From contig CBDFLE010000006.1 in the NCBI GenBank assembly GCA_965248925.1, positions 1,888,001 through 1,952,000 of the forward strand: a stretch of DNA of 64,000 bases. The letters are read 5' to 3'. This document shows positions 28,840 to 38,788 of the stretch, piece by piece (the first letter of the stretch is position 1; each line of letters begins with the position of its first letter). The notes beneath the pieces were generated by a model that was not told where the DNA came from, did no database searches, and saw nothing but the letters and a program-made list of their open reading frames with translations. The DNA comes from Candidatus Multivoradales bacterium (GTDB taxonomy: Bacteria > Acidobacteriota > Thermoanaerobaculia > Multivoradales > J023). Both the position numbers and the translations under genes were made by a program.

Positions 28840-30246
28840 ATGTACCGCTTCTTCCTCACTTCCCTCGGCCTACCTTTCACCGGACCTTTCGCCGTGTTTT
28901 TCGCCATAGCTTTGTCCTTGCTACTGGCCAGTTGCTCAGCACCACTGCCGCCAACCGTGATTTGCCAGGACTGCAACGTCATCCTGATTCTGGCCGACAC
29001 CCTGCGCGCCGATCATCTCGGAGTTTACGGCTACCCACGGCCCACCAGTCCGCGATTGGACCAGCGAGCACAGTCAGCAGTACGCTTCAGCTGGGCTCGC
29101 AGCCAGGCCTCCTGCACCTTCCCATCGATGAACTCGCTGCTGACCTCGCGCCACACCTTCGAGTTCATGGACGCCACTACGCGACCCACCATCCCCTCCT
29201 CGGTACCCACCTTGCCGACCTTGCTGCGCGATCACGGATTCTCGACGGCGGCGGTCTCGGCCAGCCCGATTGTCCGCCGCTCGCCGGGCCAGCACAATCC
29301 CAAAGGCGGCTTTGGCGGCGGCTTCAAAATTTTTGACGAAAGCTGTGAGTGGAAAGAGGCCAGCTGCGTCACTGAACGAGCCAGCAAGTTGCTCGACCAG
29401 CTGCCCGAGCCCTTCTTCCTCTACCTGCACTACATGGATCCGCACGACCCCTACCGCCCCGAGGACGAGCTGCGCGGTACCTTCTCACGGCCCCACCCAG
29501 ACGGCCCGTCCTACATCACCCGCGGCAACCCCAACCCGGTGCGGCAGTTGATTCGCGACAACCTGGTCGACCAACACCTCGACCCGGACGACTTCGCCCA
29601 CCTACTAGACCTTTACGACGAGGAGATATTGGGGCTCGACCGCGGGCTCGGCCAGCTCTTCGACCAGCTTGACCACCGTCAGCTGAGCCAGCGAACGTTA
29701 GTAATTCTGGCTTCCGACCACGGCGAGGGCTTCTACGAGCACGGCACGGTGAAACACTGCTACTCGGTCTACGATGTCGAAACGCGGGTTCCTCTTCTCT
29801 TCTGGATCCCCGGCATCGCAGGCCCGGTAGAACGCCGCGCGGCGGTACAGAATCTGGATATCTTGCCGACCGTGCTGGACTATCTAGGCTTACTCGACGA
29901 CCCGCTGCCAGAGATTGCCGGCCACAGCCTGCGACCGATCATCGAGTCGAGCGAGGGCGGTGGTGGCTTGGCCTACAGTGCCGCCGGTGCCTACCGCAGC
30001 GTCAACGACGAGCGCTACAAGCTGATCCTCGACCTAGCCGCCCAGTCCTATCAGCTCTTCGACTTGCTCGAAGATCCGCAAGAACTGCACGATCTGCTAC
30101 CCGAGCGGCGGCCGCAGTTCCACCGCCTGCGCCAAGAGCTGGAAAGCTGGAACCGCTCAGCGGAGGGCGGCGAGGCCCTGGAGCGGCGTCTCGATCGCGC
30201 CCGCGAAATCGAGCAAGAGCTGCGCGCCTTAGGTTATCTCGGGTAG
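28840..30246 (+). CDS. Sulfatase-like alkaline-phosphatase-superfamily protein, possible lipoprotein
   Basis: NVILILADTLRADHL, TFPSMNSLLTSR, HYMDPHDPY, ASDHGE, LRALGYL; lipobox-like LLASC. Confidence 0.85.
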   Translation: MYRFFLTSLGLPFTGPFAVFFAIALSLLLASCSAPLPPTVICQDCNVILILADTLRADHLGVYGYPRPTSPRLDQRAQSAVRFSWARSQASCTFPSMNSLLTSRHTFEFMDATTRPTIPSSVPTLPTLLRDHGFSTAAVSASPIVRRSPGQHNPKGGFGGGFKIFDESCEWKEASCVTERASKLLDQLPEPFFLYLHYMDPHDPYRPEDELRGTFSRPHPDGPSYITRGNPNPVRQLIRDNLVDQHLDPDDFAHLLDLYDEEILGLDRGLGQLFDQLDHRQLSQRTLVILASDHGEGFYEHGTVKHCYSVYDVETRVPLLFWIPGIAGPVERRAAVQNLDILPTVLDYLGLLDDPLPEIAGHSLRPIIESSEGGGGLAYSAAGAYRSVNDERYKLILDLAAQSYQLFDLLEDPQELHDLLPERRPQFHRLRQELESWNRSAEGGEALERRLDRAREIEQELRALGYLG

Positions 30247-30250
30247 CTGA

Positions 30251-30601
30251 CTAGTCGGACTTGCTGGGTGTCTTGGCAGTCTTGGCAGATGACTTCGAGT
30301 CGCTGCCCTTCGCGCCGTCCGATTTAGCCTCCTTAGACTTCCCATCGCTCGATCCCGAATCACTGGCGCCCGAGTCGTCCGATTTCGAGCCACCGCCGTC
30401 GTCCTTGTCTGACTTCTTGTCCTTGTCGGCATAGTCGGTGACATACCAACCGCTGCCCTTGAATTTAAAAGAAGGCGCCGAAATCAGCTTGGTTAACGAG
30501 CCACCGCACTCCTCACAGGTGGTCAGTGGCGGGTCGGCGATCTTCTGCAGCTCTTCGCTCTTGCGGCCGCAGTCTTGGCATTGATATTCGTAGATCGGCA
30601 T
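30251..30601 (-). CDS. FmdB-family zinc ribbon protein with low-complexity tail
   Basis: [12 protein letters not shown]...[17 protein letters not shown]. Confidence 0.88.
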   Translation of the reverse strand: MPIYEYQCQDCGRKSEELQKIADPPLTTCEECGGSLTKLISAPSFKFKGSGWYVTDYADKDKKSDKDDGGGSKSDDSGASDSGSSDGKSKEAKSDGAKGSDSKSSAKTAKTPSKSD

Positions 30602-30744
30602 CGCTAAATTCTCCGTCGGTAGCGAGGGTCACGGCCCGTCTGCTCAGGGTCAACAGCTCAAGGGCCGGCCGCTGCTGCCGGTCAGTAGGCGGTCTAAGTC
30701 GTATCTTCGTGTGGATCGGGAAACAGGTCGCAAGCAACGGTCTT

Positions 30745-31530
30745 TCAGGGCCCGGAGTCGCTGCTGATCTTCTTGTCCGCCATGCGAATCATCACCTGGC
30801 CGGTCCCAGTATCTCCGGAGACCTTGCGAATTAGCTGCAAAACGCCGAAAGCGTACAAGCGGCGGGCGTTCTCCGACATGCTGTACGGCCCTTCGGCGCA
30901 GATATCATAGATCCGGCGACGGCCATTTACCAAGGTCAATAGCTGGTACTCATCGCGGTTCAGGGCGATCTCCACCAGATCCTCGGTGCCGTAGTTGGGT
31001 TTGTAGACCGTTCCCTTGCTACCTAGCTTGCCCACCAGGGCCTTGGGATCGGGGACTCGCGAAATCCCGCGCAAGATGACCTGACGCATCGGCAAGTGGA
31101 TCTTGATCATCAGCGGGTCCTCGAATTCGCCGATGCGGAAAGTCACTTCTCCCTGCTGCCAGGAGAAGACGCTCCACACGATCGCCGCCATCTGACCGCG
31201 AATCGCCTCGGCGAGCTCGTTAGGCGCCAGCAACCGATCCTCGATCAGCAGCTCGCCATGGCGCTTGCCCGACTGAGCCCGCTTCGCCATGGTCTGTTCC
31301 AGCACCGACCGCGACAACTTGCCACTCCGGTAGAGATGCACCCCGAGCCGGTCCGTCTTGTCGGTAGAGGTAGCATGGATGACGTTGCCGCTGCTAATGA
31401 AGACTCGTTTGTGGATCCCATCCTTGGTGAGTTCGATCAACCCCGGCACCCGATGCCGGTAGATCGTATAGAAAAGCTCCGCCAGCGAGGTCTCGGCAAG
31501 GCTCTCGCGAAAATGAAATTTGGTCACCAT
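30745..31530 (-). CDS. DUF4388 (PATAN-like) domain protein
   Basis: SLAETSLAEL..G.IEL..RVFISSGNVIHA..DRLG..FSWQQGEVTF. Confidence 0.7.
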   Translation of the reverse strand: MVTKFHFRESLAETSLAELFYTIYRHRVPGLIELTKDGIHKRVFISSGNVIHATSTDKTDRLGVHLYRSGKLSRSVLEQTMAKRAQSGKRHGELLIEDRLLAPNELAEAIRGQMAAIVWSVFSWQQGEVTFRIGEFEDPLMIKIHLPMRQVILRGISRVPDPKALVGKLGSKGTVYKPNYGTEDLVEIALNRDEYQLLTLVNGRRRIYDICAEGPYSMSENARRLYAFGVLQLIRKVSGDTGTGQVMIRMADKKISSDSGP

Positions 31531-31753
31531 ACCTGGACAGAAAAGCGCTCACTCATCGGCTTGCTTTCCACGGAACCCAACTCCCCAAAGTAGAGTTCCT
31601 GGTCTTACTGCCTACAGCGACGGCAGAGAACGGCAGAGGGACATCGCGCTACAGCGGCTTCTCCACCATGTCGTACTCACGATATCGGCGCACTATAGCA
31701 TTGGCGCCGCAGGCGACCTCCGCGATGGCCGCCAACTGCGCTAGCATCACGAT

Positions 31754-32962
31754 ATGCTGAGCCCGGAACAGGCGTGGGACCTGATCGAACCCCATCTGCA
31801 GCCACTCGACACCGAACCTATCCATCCCGCCAAAGCGCAGGGCAGATTACTGGCTGCACCCCTACCAGCGACCATGGACCTGCCCCAAGCCGACGTCTCG
31901 GCGATGGACGGCTACTGCTGCCGCGGCGCCGTCGAAGCAGGTCATTCATTAGCGGTGATCGGCACGTCGGCGGCCGGGGCGCCGCCGGAATTCACCGTCG
32001 AGGTGGGCCAAGCAGCGAAGATAATGACCGGCGCGGTACTACCTCGGGGCGCCGACCGGGTGATCCCGGTAGAACTCAGCGATGGCGGTGCCAAGAACGT
32101 CACCTTTACCCAAGCGGCGCCTGTGGGTGCACACATCCGCCGCCAAGGCGAAGTCTTGCGGCGTGGCGACTCCCTGCTAGCTAGCGGCGCGCAGCTGACT
32201 CCAGCCGCTTTGTCGCTGCTCGCCGCCCACGGCCACGGCTCGATTTTGACCTACCGCCAACCTCGGGTAGTGGTGCTCTGCACAGGTGACGAGATCGTGC
32301 CCAGCGATCAAACTCCCGGACCCGGCCAGCTGCGCGACTCCAACTCCCCCTTCCTGCTCGCCGCCGGCCGCAGCCTGGGTCTAGATTTCGACTTTCTAGG
32401 AATCGCTCCTGACCGACCCACGGAACTGCGGCAGCTGATCCGGCGGGGCCTGGCCAGCGACGTTCTGCTGCTATCGGGAGGAGTGTCGATGGGCGAGTTC
32501 GATTTCGTCGCCGACATTCTCGCCGAGTTGGGCTGCGCAGCCCTATTTGACCGAGTACGAATCCAGCCCGGCAAGCCGCTGCTGGCGGCGCGCCACGGCA
32601 GTGGCGACTACGGAGGTGGTTGGGTGTTTGGCTTGCCCGGCAACCCGGCGTCCGTGATGTGTACTTTTTGGCTCTTCGTCCGCCCGGTCCTGCGCCGCTT
32701 GCAGGGCCATCCAGACAGCTTCTGGCAAGGGGCGGTGAATGCCAGACTCAGCACTCCCCTACCGGCCAACAAGGCCCGCGACCGCTTCCTAGACACCACC
32801 CTCGAATACCGCGAGGGCCAGGTGTTGGCCACTCCCCATCTACCCCGCGGTTCCCACGACGTCGCCGCCTACGGTCATGGCCGTGGCCTGCTGCGCTTGC
32901 GACCCGACGCGGCGCCAGCCGCCACCGGCAGCGGCTGCGAAGTGCTGCCGTTGGTCTGCTGA
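31754..32962 (+). CDS. moeA: Molybdopterin molybdotransferase MoeA
   Basis: SAMDGY, IMTGA, TGDE, DSN, SGGVSMG..D, QPGKP, GLPGNPAS. Confidence 0.92.
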   Translation: MLSPEQAWDLIEPHLQPLDTEPIHPAKAQGRLLAAPLPATMDLPQADVSAMDGYCCRGAVEAGHSLAVIGTSAAGAPPEFTVEVGQAAKIMTGAVLPRGADRVIPVELSDGGAKNVTFTQAAPVGAHIRRQGEVLRRGDSLLASGAQLTPAALSLLAAHGHGSILTYRQPRVVVLCTGDEIVPSDQTPGPGQLRDSNSPFLLAAGRSLGLDFDFLGIAPDRPTELRQLIRRGLASDVLLLSGGVSMGEFDFVADILAELGCAALFDRVRIQPGKPLLAARHGSGDYGGGWVFGLPGNPASVMCTFWLFVRPVLRRLQGHPDSFWQGAVNARLSTPLPANKARDRFLDTTLEYREGQVLATPHLPRGSHDVAAYGHGRGLLRLRPDAAPAATGSGCEVLPLVC

Positions 32963-32981
32963 GCTAACGACTTAGCCCGTC

Positions 32982-34046
32982 TCAGGGTTGGCTACCCGCG
33001 AGCAGGCGGAACTCGATGCGGCGGTTCAGAGCCCGGCCTGCGGCGGTCTCATTGTCAGCCACCGGATCGGCTTCGCCATAACCCTCGGCTTGGAAGCGTT
33101 GGCGGTCGAGATCCCGACCGGCTAAATACGCCGCCGCCGACGCCGCCCGACGCCGACTGAGATCGAGATTGTAGGCGTTGTCACCTCTTGAGTCGGTATA
33201 GCCGGCCACTTCGATGGCCTGCGAACCGGTACCGCGTAGTTGTGCTGTGATGCGATCGAGAACTCGCCGCCCTTCAGCGGTGAGCACATCGCTGTTATTC
33301 TCGAAGCGCACCACGCCGTTGGTCAGGATCTGCTCCAGATTGGCCTGCACGGCTGCCGCTTCGCGAACCTCGACCCGCAGCAGATTGCGGATCGCAACGC
33401 CGGCAAATAGATTCTCAGACGCCTTGACCAGACGCTCCTTGATTTGCGCGCTGGGCACCGCCCCCTGCAGGGTGATCGTTTCGCCATCAGCAGCAAAGCC
33501 AACCCCATCGATCTGATCACCCAGTAGGCGCAACAAACCCCGCAAATCACCCGCCAGGGTAACGGATGGATCGATCTCCAATTCATCGATCACCCGCTCC
33601 ACACCCCAAATCTCGCCCGCGGTTTCGATCAAGCCGCTCTTGACCGTCGCGTCGGGCACCCGACCGTGCAAAGTGACGTCATTAAGTCCTGTGATGGCCT
33701 CGACCGCGCCAGTGACCTTCTCCACCACCGCCGGCCTTGCCACCGCCGAGCTGGCTACGGCGCTGGCAAGGCCGAGCTGGTCGTCCACTCCGCGAATACC
33801 GGTGACCGCCGACACCAGCTCGTAGACGCGGTTCTTGATCTCCGGCGAGCCGACCGTGCCGGTCAGGGTTAGCCGCCGGCCATCCATGGTGAAATTCAAG
33901 TCCTGGCCAGCGATGCTGGCGGCAGCCACCGCGCTCACCGCCTCATCGTGCAATTGCTGCTCGATCTTCTTGGCGTGATGGCAAGTGCAGATCAGCATCA
34001 AGATCAAGAGCAAGACGACCCACAGCAATATCGTTCCGCGCTTCAT
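32982..34046 (-). CDS. OmpA-family protein with BON domains (ArfA-like)
   Basis: N-terminal TM, BON-like LTLTGTV repeats, OmpA C-domain GYTDSRG..NLDLSRRRA..GYGE..NRRIEF. Confidence 0.87.
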   Translation of the reverse strand: MKRGTILLWVVLLLILMLICTCHHAKKIEQQLHDEAVSAVAAASIAGQDLNFTMDGRRLTLTGTVGSPEIKNRVYELVSAVTGIRGVDDQLGLASAVASSAVARPAVVEKVTGAVEAITGLNDVTLHGRVPDATVKSGLIETAGEIWGVERVIDELEIDPSVTLAGDLRGLLRLLGDQIDGVGFAADGETITLQGAVPSAQIKERLVKASENLFAGVAIRNLLRVEVREAAAVQANLEQILTNGVVRFENNSDVLTAEGRRVLDRITAQLRGTGSQAIEVAGYTDSRGDNAYNLDLSRRRAASAAAYLAGRDLDRQRFQAEGYGEADPVADNETAAGRALNRRIEFRLLAGSQP

Positions 34047-34460
34047 AAGACAGCTCCCAGCAAGAGTGGCCAAGGCAGGGTTGGCCAGGGCGACGTTGTC
34101 GGCAGATTACCTTCACCCGCTCTAGACTGGCCACAGGCCCGAAAGTCACCCGCCCACCAGCGCAGCGACTTCCAGATCAGAATGCGTATTATGGTTAGTG
34201 TAGCGCACCCGCAAATGGCCAGGGCTCCTGCCTGGAATCCATCGATGCCGAGCCTGTTCTCGAAGGCGGTGCCGCTGACCACAGCGGTGAAGAACGTGCA
34301 GAGGCCGGCTTGTCGCGCTCGTCTGGGCCAGTAGAAAGCCCAGGCTCTCGACACTACGGCCAAGGGTTCACAGGATTGCCGTAAATCGTTGAAAACAAGT
34401 GAGTAAAAGTACTGTAACACAGCGACTGTTGATCGGCGTGAGCTGGTGGCTGTCCTGGTA

Positions 34461-34500
34461 TTGCCTTCTCCGACTAGCTCATGCATACTGGATCTGTATG
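34461..34500 (+). promoter_or_regulatory. brnTA promoter with palindromic operator
   Basis: TTGCCT-N17-CATACT; inverted repeat CATAC-N7-GTATG (34484-34500) covers the -10 box and the start codon. Confidence 0.6.
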
Positions 34501-34764
34501 GAGATCGAACGGGATCCCGACAAAGCGTTGTCGAATCGAAGCAAGCATGGAGTCGATTTCCAGGAAGCGGCGACGTGCCTGCTCGACCCCAACGCGCTCG
34601 TCACCGAGGATGAATCGAGCGCGGGCGAACCGAGATGGGTCCTGGTTGGGTTGAGCACCCGCGCGAGTCTCCTCACCATTGTCTACGCGCTCCGCGGCGA
34701 AGACCGGATTCGGCTGATCTCCGCCCGGAAAACGACCCGAAAGGAGAGGTACAGCTATGCGTGA
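34498..34764 (+). CDS. brnT: BrnT-family toxin (DUF497)
   Basis: DPDKALSNRSKHGVDF, GEPRW, IRLISARK. Confidence 0.85.
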   Translation: MEIERDPDKALSNRSKHGVDFQEAATCLLDPNALVTEDESSAGEPRWVLVGLSTRASLLTIVYALRGEDRIRLISARKTTRKERYSYA

Positions 34765-35023
34765 CGAGTACGACTTCTCGCAGGGAAAGAGAGCGAAGGA
34801 TGTCCCGCACCTGGCTAGGCTTCAAGCCGAGGCGAAGGGCAAGAGCCGGATCACGATCATGCTGGACAACGATGTCCTCGTGGCCTTTCGGTCTCGGGCG
34901 AACGCCGAGGGCATCGGCTATCAGACCCTCATCAATCAGACACTCCGCCAGGCGGTTGGTTCGCGGCCGGTCGATGAAGACACACTGCGCAAAGTGCTGC
35001 GCGAGGAACTCGCGACGTCCTAG
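34757..35023 (+). CDS. brnA: BrnA-family antitoxin
   Basis: MRDEYDFS, KSRITIMLDNDV..F, GYQTLINQTLR; overlaps brnT. Confidence 0.88.
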   Translation: MRDEYDFSQGKRAKDVPHLARLQAEAKGKSRITIMLDNDVLVAFRSRANAEGIGYQTLINQTLRQAVGSRPVDEDTLRKVLREELATS

Positions 35024-35780
35024 AAACCTGTGGTGTAAGTCGTTGAGAACAATCGAATACGGTTAGGGTGGTATCGTGTGCCGGGGTCGTTGCTGGTAAC
35101 TTGACCTTAACCCACTGCTGTCCCGTTAACTTCGCAGAAAAATAGGCTCAAACCTCCCTGGTCTTGATAGAATCAGTCATCGCTAAACGGCTGAATCAAA
35201 GGGAGATCTGAGCCTTGGCACATCATAGCACCGTCTTCGCCCAGCTACTGCAACTGATTTCGAGACATGAATTCGAGGCCCTCGCAAAACGCCACCACGC
35301 CGGTCGCCAGTTCCGCACTGCGAGCCGCTGGTCGCAGCTGGTGGCTTTGATGATGGCCCAGCTGTCCGGGCGTTCTAGCTTGCGCGACATCGTTGACAAT
35401 CTACGAGCGCAGCGGCACAAGCTCTACCATCTCGGCTGCCGAGTCCTGTCGCGATCCAACTTGGCACGGATCAACGAAGAGAAGCCCTATCTCCTTTTTG
35501 AAGAGCTATTTGGGAGACTTCTGGGCCGTGCTCAAGCAGTGGCGCCCAAGCATACGTTCCGGTTCAAGAACCGCTTGTTCTCGCTTGACGCCTCGGTGAT
35601 AGACCTTTGTCTGTCGATATTCCCGTGGGCGAAGTTTCGTACGACCAAGGGAGCGATCAAGCTGCATGTGGGGTTGGATCACGGTGGCTACTTGCCTGCC
35701 TTCGTTGCGATCTCGGATGGAAAAACAGGTGACATCGCGGGCTGCAAGAGCCTGATGTTAGCGGCTGAGCAAGAACGTAT

Positions 35781-36122
35781 CTATTCGGTGTAATCCGAGC
35801 CGGTGTGCAGCCCCTGCTCGCGCCGAGCGGTGCTTTGGAGATACTTGAGATACCCCTCGATGTCTTCAAGGCCATCGAGTTCTCGAATCACCGGCGCAAA
35901 GTAGGCGAGGGATCGGATCTTGGCTAGCTTGGGTGCCTCTGGAGATCGCTGGATTCGTCGACCGGCTGCGAGGAGAATGGCTGCTCTGATCTGATCGATG
36001 GAGACTTGCTGCTGGTAGAGATCAAGAGCGAGTACGCGGTCAGTGGGTCTTGCCTGAGCAGGGGTCTCCTGCTGCTCAAGGTAAGCTCTGAGAATCGCCT
36101 GGACGTAGTCGCACTTGCTCAT
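35781..36122 (-). CDS. IS21 accessory ORF downstream of istB (hypothetical)
   Basis: MSKCDYVQAILRAYL...IRSLAYFAPVIREL; ATGA overlap with the istB stop. Confidence 0.65.
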   Translation of the reverse strand: MSKCDYVQAILRAYLEQQETPAQARPTDRVLALDLYQQQVSIDQIRAAILLAAGRRIQRSPEAPKLAKIRSLAYFAPVIRELDGLEDIEGYLKYLQSTARREQGLHTGSDYTE

Positions 36123-36883
36123 GACACCTTCGCCTTTCGCCGCCGCGCGCGGTCTTGTGCTCGCCGTTTCTTTTCCTCTTCTGCTTCTTTGCGCCGATAG
36201 GAGTCGCCTTCGATGGTGACGATCTCGGCGTGATGTACGAGCCGATCGACAAGGGTGACCACGCAGGTGGCCGAGGCGAAGACGCTCTGCCACTCGGAGA
36301 AGGGTTTGTTGGTGGTCAGCAGAATAGATTTCTTCTGATACCTCCGGCTTACCACCTCGAAGAGGAGGTCGGCGTGGCGATGGTCGTAGGACAGGTAGCC
36401 TAGCTCGTCAATGGCCAGCAGATCGGGCCGGGTGTAGAGGGCCAGGCGCCGCTGCAGAGCCCTGGAACTCTCTTGTGCCGCGAGGTCGTTGAGCAGTTCG
36501 CTGGCGGTGAGCATGCGTCCGGTGGCGCCACGCAACAAGGCCTGGTAGGTGAGATTCTGAACGATCATCGACTTGCCGACGCCGTTGGGACCGAAGAGGA
36601 TGACGTTGGCTCCTTCTTCGAGCCATTGGAAGTTGAAGAGGTCTTCCACCATCAGGCGATCGATCTTTCGTGGCCACTTGTAGTCGAAGTCGGCCATCGG
36701 CTTGAAGGTGCCGATGTGTGCGTTGCGGATTCGCCTCTCGAGGCTCCTCTGGTGTCGCACTATCTCCTCTCGGTCGATCAAAGGCAGCACCCAAGGCTGG
36801 TTCTGAAGTTGACTCCAATCTTCGACCAGACCGTGCAGCCCGAGCTTCTTGGCCCGGATGAGCAGATCTTCAGTCGTCGTCAT
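36119..36883 (-). CDS. istB: IS21 helper ATPase IstB
   Basis: GPNGVGKS, LAIDELGY, TTNKPFSEW, DRLVHHA..IEGDSYR. Confidence 0.92.
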   Translation of the reverse strand: MTTTEDLLIRAKKLGLHGLVEDWSQLQNQPWVLPLIDREEIVRHQRSLERRIRNAHIGTFKPMADFDYKWPRKIDRLMVEDLFNFQWLEEGANVILFGPNGVGKSMIVQNLTYQALLRGATGRMLTASELLNDLAAQESSRALQRRLALYTRPDLLAIDELGYLSYDHRHADLLFEVVSRRYQKKSILLTTNKPFSEWQSVFASATCVVTLVDRLVHHAEIVTIEGDSYRRKEAEEEKKRRAQDRARRRKAKVS

Positions 36884-38369
36884 GAGGATCCTCCTGGCGG
36901 CTGAGACGGTCGTAGTCGTTGAGATCATGAGGGCGCACGTCGAGATCCCGGATTCTGGGATCTTTGGGTAGGCGGAGAGGAAGCATCGGCGTGGCCTGAC
37001 GCTCGCGCTCACGGCGCTCGAGCACCAGGCGAACGGCCTGGACGTCGCAGGAGTGGTTGCCGAGCGCCTCTTCGACGGCCGAGGTGAGAGCCTCGGTGCC
37101 GTAGTGGTCGAGCAAACGCAGGAGTGCTGCGGTAGCGGTTCCCAGAGGCAGCCCTCTCTCGGCGAGTCGCTGCAACAGCGCCTCGCACCTTGGAGCCGCG
37201 CGCCTGAGACGATCGAGCCCCCGATGTTTCTTCGCCCGGTGTTTGTGATCGACAAGCTCCTGGATATGCTCGGGGTTCTCGATCTGCTGGCTGCGATCGA
37301 AGGATCTGGGATGGCACGCCACGACCTTGTGACCGTCGAAGATGCGTACCTCTAAGAGGCTGGCGCGCACCGTCAGAGTGCGGCGCACCCGATCGAACGG
37401 CACCGAGTAATCGTTGCGATCAAAGCGTGCATACGGCGTCTTGCCAATGTGAGCCTCGCCGCGCTCCTCGGTCCGAAACGGCTCGGTGGGCAGCTCGATC
37501 AGGTAGGACCTCTCGTCCTCGAAGGCTTCGCTGACCGTTCTGCTGGGGTCCTGATGCCATTTCCGACGATCTGCCCAGCCCTCACACCATGCCTCGGCTT
37601 GACGATTCAAATCGTCGAGATCCTTGAACTCCCGACCGGCGAAGAACGAAGTTCGGATATAGCGAATGGCGCGCTCTACACGTCCTTTCTCGTTGCCCCG
37701 AGCGATCGCTACTGGCCGTGGCTCGAATCGGTAGTGGCCGGCAAATTCCTGGAACTTGGGGTTGTAGCGAATCGCCTCGCCCCGGCGTTCGAGCACCACA
37801 CTTTTCAGATTGTCGTAGAGCAAGATCTTGAAGACACCTTGCCATCTCTCGAAGGTGGCCACATGACCGCGCAGAAAATTCTCCATCCGCGCGTTGAGGA
37901 AGAACCGGAGGAAGATCCGACGCGAGTAGCTCGCTACCAGAACGAAGCCCATCAGGCTGTGCTCCGCGCCTCCCACCTTGATAGAGCCGAAATGGCCCCA
38001 ATCCACTTGCCCTTGCTCGCCAGCCAAGGTGGTCAGGCGCAGGTAAGCCTCAGCCTTGCGACGAGGTCTTATTCGAGCCACCAGGTGACGGAAATGATCC
38101 TCACCTCCTGAGTAGCCGCGCTCCTTGACCATCTGGTAGAGCCGACTCGCCGGGAGGCTCGGGAACTTCTCCAAGGTCTGGTGCATGAAGGGCTGGTAAG
38201 GATCAACTATCGAGCTGCGGGTCGAAATCGCCGTCGGCGCCCCGGCATCCCGCAGGGCTCGCTGCACCGTCTCGTAGTGAACTCCGAGCTGCCGGCTGAT
38301 CGTGCCCGGCCGCCATTTCTCCACGAAGTGGTAGCGCAGGATCTCCTGTTTCTTCTCTTCTGAAATCAT
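36870..38369 (-). CDS. istA: IS21 transposase IstA
   Basis: GEQGQVDWG, LYDNLKS, EKGRVERAIRY, FDRNDYSVP; start MISEEKK. Confidence 0.92.
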   Translation of the reverse strand: MISEEKKQEILRYHFVEKWRPGTISRQLGVHYETVQRALRDAGAPTAISTRSSIVDPYQPFMHQTLEKFPSLPASRLYQMVKERGYSGGEDHFRHLVARIRPRRKAEAYLRLTTLAGEQGQVDWGHFGSIKVGGAEHSLMGFVLVASYSRRIFLRFFLNARMENFLRGHVATFERWQGVFKILLYDNLKSVVLERRGEAIRYNPKFQEFAGHYRFEPRPVAIARGNEKGRVERAIRYIRTSFFAGREFKDLDDLNRQAEAWCEGWADRRKWHQDPSRTVSEAFEDERSYLIELPTEPFRTEERGEAHIGKTPYARFDRNDYSVPFDRVRRTLTVRASLLEVRIFDGHKVVACHPRSFDRSQQIENPEHIQELVDHKHRAKKHRGLDRLRRAAPRCEALLQRLAERGLPLGTATAALLRLLDHYGTEALTSAVEEALGNHSCDVQAVRLVLERRERERQATPMLPLRLPKDPRIRDLDVRPHDLNDYDRLSRQEDPHDDD

Positions 38370-38788
38370 CTTCGATCTCTCCGTTTGCGCCGCCGTCGTC
38401 GTCTGAGGGGATCCAGACGGACGAATGGACGGCAGAGAACGCCACAGAAGCAGCATCGCGGCTCGCCGAGCGGGGCAAGGCGGTCCTTGGACCCACTCGG
38501 GGGTGGCGTAGTGAGGATGACTGGGGGCTCTGGGGGTGGGGTACCCTGATGCGTTACTTTCTGCGCTTCGGCCTGCTGGCGCTGACGCCATCGGGCCTGC
38601 CGCTCGGCCTGATTTCGGCGACCTTGAGGGGTCTGGCAGTAGCGCCAACCAGCAACTCGCAAGGACTCGCGGCGGGCGGCGCTGGAGCACTCCTGGCCAC
38701 AGTAAATCTGCCCCCGGTCACAGTGCGAGCAGATCTCGACCGAGGCTCGACACCCAGCACAGAAATACCACCGGTAGTCCTCGCGCAC
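38366..38788 (-). CDS. IS21 accessory ORF upstream of istA, Cys-rich (putative Zn-binding)
   Basis: FCAGC..ICSHCDRGQIYCGQEC...RCCFCGVLC; ATGA overlap with istA. Confidence 0.7.
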   Translation of the reverse strand: MREDYRWYFCAGCRASVEICSHCDRGQIYCGQECSSAARRESLRVAGWRYCQTPQGRRNQAERQARWRQRQQAEAQKVTHQGTPPPEPPVILTTPPPSGSKDRLAPLGEPRCCFCGVLCRPFVRLDPLRRRRRRKRRDRR

